A stretch of 41,675 nt of DNA. It comes from Octopus bimaculoides. Lineage: Eukaryota. The translations under genes were made by a program, and so were the position numbers. A model generated the notes under the pieces. The model did no database searches, had not been told where the DNA came from, and saw nothing but the letters and a program-made list of their open reading frames with translations. This document shows, one piece after another, positions 32,794 through 41,675 of this stretch (the stretch's first letter is position 1; each line of letters opens with the position of its first letter). The stretch lies in NCBI RefSeq assembly GCF_001194135.2, contig NC_068984.1, positions 137,602,299-137,643,973 on the forward strand, in the 5' to 3' direction.

Positions 32794-34195
32794 GTGCCGG
32801 CTGCCATGTTGTTATATGACCGTCTAAATAGTATCAATAAATGGCGATTAGAAATAGTGAACCACTTAGAATTGCACGATAGAATTGAACCTTATGCCCC
32901 AAGAAAACCTCGGATAACACAGAAAGACCATAAACTGAATTTTCGGGTTGCCCCCTCAATTAGATTAATCTTCCCCTCGAAATCGGACATTGGGAGGATA
33001 AGTAAGACGATAATAAATAGGATAATGCTAAAATCAAGATATGAAAGCACTTTAGCGTTGTGGTCAGACACACAGCACGTAATCGGGTGGTTTAACCAAC
33101 TAAAAATAAATAAACACGGTAGATTCATTCAACTGGACATCGAGGGGTATTACGCCAACATTAAACCTATTCTCTTAAATAAGGCATTAATCTATGCTAA
33201 GAATAATTCAGATCTTTCTAGATACAAAATCAATGTAATACTAGCAGCGCGTGGAACCTTGGTAGATTTTGATGGTAAACTGTAGCACCTGTCTGATACA
33301 GAAAACGCGTTTGATATAGCTATGGGATCCTCGAATTCCGCAAACCAGAGTAACCAGACGATGTTACAGAAGAACCAGCAATAGGATAAAGAAACACAGC
33401 AATGGAAAACATCAGCACCATGAAACGCATGGCACCACAAAATTCCAAGGCCACTCCAAATACCCGAACAAACAAACATTATCGGGAATACAAAATGCAT
33501 GATGTCCTCTGGTACAACCCGATCTGAAGCTCGAACAGCTTATCCAGGGTCTCGAAACAGTTTTTTGCAGCACTCGATCGTTGCTTCCCTAAAAACGGCA
33601 CGTACAGCAAACTATTTAACCGGTATACCATAAAACTATCATATGCAAATTCATCGAATATAGAGCACCACATTCATGGGATTAATAATAGAAAACTAAG
33701 ACAACGCGCAGACTACACTGAAAATAGTCCCTCAAAAATTGACTACGACTCATATAATAACCTTAGAGACAATGCAAATTATTACATCACGTGTCATAGC
33801 AACAATGATTTGGACAATAATACCAACGACCGAGAAAAAAAAACAACTGCAACAAATATATTAATCAACCAACACATGACAGCTGGAACAACTCAAATTA
33901 CAACACAAACCCACCAAAAAATAATAAAAATTGTAATAGGCTACTGACGAGCATGAATGCTAATAGAACCGATTAGACTGGTACTAGCTGCACACACGCA
34001 AACAAAAAGAACCGACCAACTATGATCAAGCAGGAACCGATCGAAATGTCCCCTGGAAAACCAATGCAAGGCCCGAAATGTGGTGTACAAGTGTACTATA
34101 AATACTAGAGGAGGCCCCTACGTATATATCGGTGCATTGGCCAATATTTTCAAAAGTCAGTATCGCAACCACATCGCCAGCTTTCAAAAAATCAA
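32794..34195 (+). mobile_element. Penelope-like element remnant 3: RT (internally deleted), thumb, Asn-rich linker, C-terminal GIY-YIG
   Basis: QKDHKLNF...RLIFPSKSDIGRISK...FIQLDIEGYYANI...FDIAMGS; VLWYNP...LFNRYTIKLSY; KCPLENQCKARNVVYKC...VYIG...FKSQYRNHIASF. Several stops and frameshifts. Probably the Hydra clade (inference). Confidence 0.9.
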
Positions 34196-34392
34196 TGCAT
34201 TTATATCAATACAAACTTACGAAACTACAGTGTAATTCACTTTAAATAGGTACCATTGGTAAGTGCAAAACAAGCAGAAACGGTATTGTATAAATCGCAA
34301 CTGATTTAAATTCTTCCATAAGCAAATCAAAGTTTCAATGATTTATCAATATGGCTGTAACGCCAGTATCGACCAAACTATCGAATGTTATA

Positions 34393-34790
34393 AAGCGCTA
34401 GTCACAATGCACTTCCAGTTATTTCTTGATCGCACCTATTTTTTCCGTCTTGGCTCAAATCGTTTAACTAAATCGTCTTCCCATCGTTCGAGAAACCTTT
34501 AGAGTGGCCTTTTCCAATCTGGATACCATTCGGAAACTGCATGGATCCAACTGTTGTCTATGAATCTTGCAACGTATCCGGCTCATCGGATCTTGTGCTT
34601 TCGGTATTCTGCGATCTCATCGTTCACTCCGCTCATTTCCCAAAGGACCTCATTTCGGATATACTCGCGCAATGATAATCCTAGCATGGATCTTCCCATA
34701 ACCCTTTGCGTCGTAGCCAATCGACGTTCTTCCCTCATTGTACTTGTCTACGTATCACTTGCGTATAATCAATATATGGCGTGAATATAC
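34393..34790 (-). mobile_element. RTE-clade LINE C-terminal fragment
   Basis: LYASDT*...EERRLATTQRVMGRSMLGLSLREYIRNE...KIR*AGYVARFIDNSW..AVSEWYP..KRPL...RWEDD. Confidence 0.9.
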
Positions 34791-35335
34791 GGGTTGTTAG
34801 GATATTTGTAAAGTGCTTTAGTTTTCTCCTCTTAACGTTTATTACATAGATAAAAAGAGAAGGTAAAGATCAAATGCAAATAGATTGACGAACATTTATA
34901 TATTTGACCCACTAAACATATTTAATCAACCTATACAGATATATATATATATATGTGTGTATGTGTGTATGTGGATATGTTTGTATATGTATGTGCTTGT
35001 GTGTTTAAATTGTTTAAAAATAAACTTGTTTTTGCTATTGTTTGATCAATCTTTAGATTTTAGCTTTTCGTAAGATTAAAAAAATGATAAAAAAAAAAGG
35101 TCATTTTAAACTGGAACATGGTTAAGTGGAAAATGTCAAAATATAGGTACAACACTCGAATTAAAACGAACAAAAACAACAACAACAACAAAAAAAAAAT
35201 AAAGACAAATGACAAAGATGAGGACAAAAATGTTTAAAATGTAGGTTTTCTAAATAAAATAAAATAAAATAATACATATTAAATGCTTGCATTTCAGGAA
35301 TTGATTCGAAACAATTTAGATTTAAAACAGACGAA

Positions 35336-35795
35336 GGCATGGCTGTGTGGTTAAGAAGATCACTTTGTATCCACGTGGTTTCGGTTTCAGCCCCACTGTG
35401 TGACGCCTTGGGCAAGTGTCTTCAACACAAACCCCGGGCTGACCTACGCATTGTGAGTGAATTTGGTAGAAGAAAACTGTGTGAAAACCCGTGATATATG
35501 TATGCATGTATGTATGTATGTATGTATGTATGTATGTAGCTTGAGAGAAAGAGAGAGAAGGGGGTGTATTTTGTGTTTGTCACCCCCCCCCCACCGTTTG
35601 TCAACGGGTGTTGGTTTGTTTACGTCCATGAAGCTTAGCGATTCACCAAACGAGACCGATAGAATAAGTAACAGACATTATAAAACAACCCCACTCCGAA
35701 AAAAAAACCATATGTACAGGGGTCGATTTGTTCGACAAAAGCTCTTCAAGGCAGTGTCCCAGCATGGCCTCAGTACAATAACTGAAACACATAAT
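35336..35795 (+). mobile_element. SINE family B, near full length with expanded internal microsatellites
   Basis: Head GGCATGGCTGTGTGGTTAAG to tail CCCAGCATGGCC. Confidence 0.85.
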
Positions 35796-35857
35796 AAATA
35801 AATAAATAAAAGATAAAATTTAAGAGAATGGTTTGTACGTTAATAAAATATGGAAGA

Positions 35858-35862
<5 letters not shown>

Positions 35863-35953
<91 letters not shown>

Positions 35954-35986
35954 GACAGAGAGAGACAGAGAGAGACAGAGAGAGAG
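35863..35986. repeat. (GA)n grading into (GAGACA)n
   Basis: Direct reading. Confidence 0.95.
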
Positions 35987-36909
35987 GACAAAAAAAAATG
36001 TAGTCGAAATAGCTGCCTTAGTAATGGTGCAATCAGCAACTAGACATGGTTTTTAAATGACACGAGGTCAAAGAAAAATAATTTGAATGTAATGCAAACC
36101 ACGAATTCTTGGCGGAAATGTCAGAACATCCTCTTAGCTAGTAATTCGCTATCGCTTTTAGAAAATGTCGCTTCCAACTGTTTATTACTTGTTTTATTGG
36201 CGATTTTTGTTGCCACTATAATACCGCCCCCACCTTAGTACACTCAATGCACCTGGATCTCTTACTCTCAACATCCCACTGTTTAGATAAATTCCAAAAC
36301 CTCGTACGGAACACATTGTTCCTTCTTTGCTCCTTATCCAGTTTGCTTACGTTTGAACTCTCTCCCTCCCCCTCTCTCTCTTTCTCTCCATGTATCATTA
36401 ATTGATCTTGTGGCGGCATTCATCCGGAATGAGTTCAGCCGGCTCCGACCAACGAGCTCACCACGTCCCTCACGAATGCTGCCCATATTCGACGGCTGGT
36501 TCTAACGTTCCATCAGGCGTAGTAATGTCTCTGCCAGCAGGCCAAAAGTTCATCTTTCAAATTTGACAAATGCATGACTGGGAGAGGAAGTGCATTGGAT
36601 ATCGAGCTTGCTACAGCCGTGGTCGTCATTCGTTATTGAAGGGCAGAGATCATGTTCAGAGTTTTAGTGAGAATACAAGTTCACATGTGGTCCCCGGTCA
36701 CATGCATACACACTTTGGGATAGTGCGATCCGTAGCAGCTCATCTTGGAGTTGATTGTTGGCCTTCGTAGAGGATTCGATGGCCAAGTCACCGTCGATTA
36801 TCAGAAGCGGACGTAGCCTGGATTTAAAGCAGGTGGTACACATGCTAGTTAACCGATAGTTGGGACCTCTCCGGATCAGAATAGCTGCTACCTCCCAGGG
36901 TCAGAGTAC

Positions 36910-37007
36910 ACTCGGCGGAATTTCAACTCAGAACTTAAAACCGGAAGAAATATCACTAAGCATTTTTGTCCGACGCGCTAACGATTTTGTCCGCTCGCCG
37001 TCTTAAT
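36910..37007 (-). mobile_element. SINE family C, head fragment
   Basis: CTCGGCGGAATTTCAACTCAGAAC...GCTAACGATT. Confidence 0.7.
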
Positions 37008-37140
37008 AACAACAGTGTTGTGTCGACGCCCCCAGACGATGAAGTAGGTTAGCCCAATACGTAGATATAGAGAGATGAGTCTAGACGTCGACGTAGTTGA
37101 GTAGAGGTCATCCGAACGTGCGATATACCAAACATCAATA

Positions 37141-37354
37141 CTCCTCCGTACCGTAGGCACGAAGCCCGAAATTTTGCAGGTGGCGGTTAGTTGATTACAT
37201 TGACTTCAGTGTTCAACTGGTATTTATTCTATCGATCTCGAAAGGACGAAAGGGAAAGTCGACCTCGGCAGAATTTGAACTCAGAACGTAAAGACAGAGG
37301 AAATGCCGCTAAACATTTTGTCTGGCGTGCTAACGATCCTGCCACCTCACCGCC

Positions 37355-37356
<2 letters not shown>
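37141..37356 (-). mobile_element. SINE family C, full length, next to (TAA)n
   Basis: Collinear with the other C copies. Confidence 0.9.
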
Positions 37357-37407
<51 letters not shown>

Positions 37408-38194
37408 CAAAACTGTACAAATCCAAATATATGGTACCCTAGGCATAACACCTACATGAACTTCTAACTTGTTGTCTCTTGAGGTCTCTGGGTGAGACTT
37501 GGATCCAACTTGTACAAATGCAAAACNNNNNNNNNNNNNNNNNNNNNNNNNNNNNNNNNNNNNNNNNNNNNNNNNNNNNNNNNNNNNNNNNNNNNNNNNN
37601 NNNNNNNNNNNNNNNNNNNNNNNNNNNNNNNNNNNNNNNNNNNNNNNNNNNNNNNNNNNNNNNNNNNNNNNNNNNNNNNNNNNNNNNNNNNNNNNNNNNN
37701 NNNNNNNNNNNNNNNNNNNNNNNNNNNNNNNNNNNNNNNNNNNNNNNNNNNNNNNNNNNNNNNNNNNNNNNNNNNNNNNNNNNNNNNNNNNNNNNNNNNN
37801 NNNNNNNNNNNNNNNNNNNNNNNNNNNNNNNNNNNNNNNNNNNNNNNNNNNNNNNNNNNNNNNNNNNNNNNNNNNNNNNNNNNNNNNNNNNNNNNNNNNN
37901 NNNNNNNNNNNNNNNNNNNNNNNNNNNNNNNNNNNNNNNNNNNNNNNNNNNNNNNNNNNNNNNNNNNNNNNNNNNNNNNNNNNNNNNNNNNNNNNNNNNN
38001 NNNNNNNNNNNNNNNNNNNNNNNNNNNNNNNNNNNNNNNNNNNNNNNNNNNNNNNNNNNNNNNNNNNNNNNNNNNNNNNNNNNNNNNNNNNNNNNNNNNN
38101 NNNNNNNNNNNNNNNNNNNNNNNNNNNNNNNNNNNNNNNNNNNNNNNNNNNNNNNNNNNNNNNNNNNNNNNNNNNNNNNNNNNNNNNNNNNNNN

Positions 38195-38455
38195 TTGAAG
38201 CATTTCTCGCGCAAGACGTTTTGGCGATGCTTGAAAAAGTGGTAGTCGGTAGGTGAGAGGTCTGGTGAGAATGGCGGATGAGGCAGAGTTTCGTAGCCCA
38301 ATTCGTTCAACTTCTTCAGGGTCAGTTGTGCGACGTGCGGCCGAGCGTTGTCGTGGAGAAGAATTGGTCCTTTTCTATTGACCAATGCTGGCTGTTGTTG
38401 TCGGAGTTTCTTATGCATTTCATCCATTTGCTGATTCACTAGCTGAGGTTTTAAA
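38195..38455 (-). mobile_element. Mariner transposase catalytic (DD34D) fragment
   Basis: MHKKLRQQQPALVNRKGPILLHDNARPHVAQLTLKKLNELGYETLPHPPFSPDLSPTDYHFFKH. Confidence 0.95.
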
Positions 38456-38629
38456 TAGAATTCCCCGTACATGGACTCTTGAAATACTAGCCACAAATAA
38501 GGGGCTATTAAAATAATAAGCACATAATATCACACGTGTAATTAATAATGGGCAAACAATTTTTACAGAGACAAAATAAAAGAAAAATAAATCACATCCC
38601 TATTTGATGAGAAATACTCCATAAAGTAG

Positions 38630-38850
38630 ACCAACAGACTGCTTTCTCTGCATTTCTGCCAGACGCTAATGCCTTCAATCACAATTCTAGACCGACTGGG
38701 CTCGAATGTGGAAAACGGAGAAAAATTGATTCTGTATGGACGACGTTAAGTTATATACTGCATATGAAAAACATCTAAAATGTCTATTACAAACTGTACA
38801 TGAACATATGGGACAAATTGAAATGGAATTCGGTCTAAAATTGTGTCAAG
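38630..38850 (+). mobile_element. RT fragment resembling R4/Dong-type non-LTR elements
   Basis: (Y)MDDVKLYTAYEKHLKCLLQTVHEHMGQIEMEFGLKLC, preceded by a degraded QGDxLSP-like stretch. Confidence 0.7.
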
Positions 38851-39129
38851 GTAAGTGAAAGAAAAATGAATAGAAATCATTATCATTTTAAACGTAAAAA
38901 AAAAGTAAAAGATTAAACGACGCACAGACTTTCAAATATCTATATCATTATATTGCTTGTCATGGTAACTATTTATGTGTATTATGTATGCATCAGAGGC
39001 AACAAAAGAGTTCCGCTTCAAAGGAACCAAAAGGTGAAAGGTGTTTTCTTTTGTAAAAGATTTCTAGAGCGAAAATCGAAATTCAAAGTGATTTTCGTGA
39101 GAAAAAAATGAGCGTTATACCTTTACGAT

Positions 39130-39570
39130 TTTAGCTGTTCCGCTTATTGGACAGAGGCCATGTTGGAGCACCGCCGACAAGGGTCTAATCAAACATATCG
39201 GCCCTAGTACTTATTTTTAAGTCTCATTCTTACCCTATCGGTCCCTTTTGCCGAACGGCTAAGTTACAGCGATGTACATGAGCCAGCACTGGTCACTGCT
39301 TGTCAAGTTGTTATGGATACAAGCACAATGACATACACATATCACTTTATACACACACACACACACATACACGCAAATGTAAGTATCCTTTTCCTTGTTT
39401 CAATCACTTGACTGCGGCCATGCTGGGGCACTGCCTTGAAGCGTTTTAGTCGAACGAATCGACTTCAATACTTATTTTTTAAGGCCTGGTACTCATCTTA
39501 TCCGCCCCTTTTTCCGAACCGCTACTTTAGGGAATGCAAACAAAGCAACACTGGTTTCAAGAGGTTGGAG
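39130..39570 (-). mobile_element. Two diverged SINE family B 3' fragments
   Basis: GGCCATG(T/C)TGG..CAC.GCC tails at about 39157 and 39416. Confidence 0.65.
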
Positions 39571-39624
39571 GGGAGACGGTGGGGGAAGTTCTCAGGAAAA
39601 TTCAGCATGACACATAATGCGATA

Positions 39625-39790
39625 AGGTTGCTCCTTTGAAATTACAGGTACAACTCGTTTTTGCCAGGTGAGTAGAATTGAAGAACGTGAAGTAAAGTAT
39701 TTTGCTCAAGGACACAAAGCGCCGCCGAGAACCGAACTCATGATCTTACTACCGTGAGCCGAATACCCTAACTACCAAGCCACGTGCCTT
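39625..39790 (-). mobile_element. Old CORE-like SINE (D/E-related)
   Basis: AACGTGAAGTAAAGTATTTTGCTCAAGGACACAA...CCCTAACTACCAAGCCAC. Confidence 0.6.
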
Positions 39791-39889
39791 CGTATGAGTC
39801 TTAGGTTTGGAGGAGAGAGGGGAAAAAAAAAAAAGAATGGGCGAGAAGTACTAATGTCTCGTTTATTTCAGTGTGATTCAACAAGCTTT

Positions 39890-40575
39890 CGTCACACTGG
39901 GCGAAATGTTTAGCGGTATTTCGTCTGCCACTGCGTTCTGAGTTCAAATTCCGCCGAGGTCGACTTTGCCTTTCATCCTTTCGGGGTCGATAAATTAAGT
40001 ACCAGTTACGCACTGGGGTCGATATAATCGACTTAATCCGTTTGTCTGTCCTTGTTTGTCCCCTCTGTGTGTAGCCCCTTGTGGGCAGTAAAGAAATAGG
40101 TATTTCGTCCGTCGTTACGTTGCGAGTTCAAATTCCGCCGAGGTTAACTTTTCCTTTCGTCCTTTTAATTACAGATCCAAGTAGCGTTGATATTTACACC
40201 TTACAATGCAGTGAGCTAATAGAGTCGTTAGCACACCGGACGAAATGCTTACCGGTATTTCGTCCGTCATTACGTTCTGAGTTCAAATTCCGCCGAGGTC
40301 GACTCTGACTTCCATCCTTCGGCGTCGATAAATTAAGTACCAGTGAAATACTGGGGTCGATGTAATCGACTAGTCCCCTCCCTCCAAATTTCAGGCCTTG
40401 TGCCTTTAGTAAAAAGGATTAATGAACTTAACTTAAGGCAACAAGCGGCCGAAATCGTTAGCACGTCGGTCGAAACGCTTAGCGGCATTTCGACCGTCTT
40501 TACGTTCTGAGTTCAAATCCTACCGATCTCGACTTTGCCTTTCATCTTTTTGGGGAGAGGTTAAGTCGATTGCTC
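39890..40575 (+). mobile_element. Four tandem SINE family C units; the first carries a Tx1-like tail
   Basis: Units at about 39890-40098, 40099-40170, 40210-40420 and 40435-40575. Confidence 0.85.
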
Positions 40576-40686
40576 TAACACCTTACTCAATAATTCTTTC
40601 ACTGTAAACAATTGATCACACACTTTTCTGTGTAGCAAAATATCTGAAGTAGAAAACGATTTGCGCTATATCTATATCCATTAACT

Positions 40687-40863
40687 CAGTGGTTCCCAAC
40701 CTTTTTTATGCCCCGCACCCCTAAAAACTTTTGATAAGTTCTCGCGCCCCCTAAAGTAACAATTTATATAAGAATAAATGTGCCTGGTGCAATTGCCTTC
40801 TTTGGCTCCTCCCCTATAAATCCAGCCTTTCTCGCACACCTGGAATACTGTCTCGTACCCCTA
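40687..40863. mobile_element. hAT/Charlie-type MITE, one end only
   Basis: CAGTGGTTCCCAACCTTTTT start; no matching 3' TIR seen. Confidence 0.6.
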
Positions 40864-41675
40864 ACCTAATGAAAACTCAATCAGACAGATCATTGAGGAC
40901 CCGCTGTGGTTTGTGCAAGTTTACACTGGCATATTCAAGTAAAGACCTGTTAGCTGGTTTGAATAGACAGAGCATAGATAAGATTTATAGTTCGGAGAGT
41001 GATCATATATAAAATATATCGGAAGAGATACCTATTAATTTTATGTTCATTGTACTTCATTATTTTGCGTTTACAATTAAATACAATGTAAGAATATCGG
41101 AGGTATACTTGCCAGGCTAGCAATTTCATCTGAGACCGTGTAAGGAAACTAAATCGATTACAGTATGGAAGACATTAAAAAACAGAACGATTTCACAAGA
41201 GCGTTTATTATATTCATTCTGAATACGTGCTAGAGAAAGAGAGAAAGAATATAGCTAAAATATTAATGTCAACCGAACAGGTGTGAGCACTCAACCAGAA
41301 CAACTGACCTGTATCGAAAAATAAAACTACTGCAGAACCTTGGAATCTATCTATCTATCTCTCTATCTCTCTATCTATCTCTTCTCACGGACGTGCTGTC
41401 ACATCGGCTGCGAAGGTAAACGTTTATTTGACCTTTTACTGTCCACATTTTGTTGGAATTTTTAAATAATTTTGTTGCGAAGCACCTAGGCTTCATTTGT
41501 GTGTATTTTCAAGGGCAGGAATTGACCCCCAGGGGCAGTTTCGGCCCTAGCAAAATACAAAAATTTCCTTCTTGACATTTGAAAAATGTCGAGAAACATA
41601 ATTTTGGAACGCTTGTCTTGTTCTTTTGACAAGCATTTCCTGAGGCTTCAGATGCCAGAAGAGAAAAAAGAACAG

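Noticed and set aside
4929-34195. Assigning the PLE remnants to the Naiad clade
   Set aside because: Naiads have an N-terminal GIY-YIG; the 32.8-34.2-kb element has RT followed by a C-terminal GIY-YIG.
11560-38523. Long ORFs in the supplied track (for example 345, 332, 348 and 397 aa)
   Set aside because: They are open only because they span N gaps; only the mariner part of 37330-38523 is real coding-derived sequence.

Overview
AT-rich, gene-poor eukaryotic draft scaffold with 8 N gaps (about 3.9 kb in total). It consists almost entirely of microsatellites, tRNA-derived SINEs and decayed transposon fragments. The repeat landscape and TTAGGG repeats suggest an animal, most likely an octopod cephalopod (inference from recognising the repeat families). 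I can support no intact host gene, and the long ORFs in the supplied track are N-gap or microsatellite artefacts. Recognisable elements: four to five SINE families (labelled A-E here; labels are mine); three remnants of Penelope-like elements (PLEs) with a C-terminal GIY-YIG; LINE fragments (L1-Tx1, RTE x2, CR1-like, R4/Dong-like); mariner remnants; hAT, Tigger, piggyBac-like and Kolobok-like MITEs; and a 289-bp solo LTR. Two candidate systems stand out. (1) A 296-bp TSD-flanked element that joins a tRNA-type Pol III head to a hammerhead-ribozyme core with a PLE-style inverted terminus (29742-30037), with further hammerhead-like cores elsewhere in the window. (2) An L1-Tx1-like LINE 3' end, and a SINE carrying the same 3' tail, both abutting the same GGTATTTCGTC site inside SINE family C. 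This suggests site-specific targeting of a SINE, including self-targeting. All alignments and folds were done by eye and need computational confirmation.
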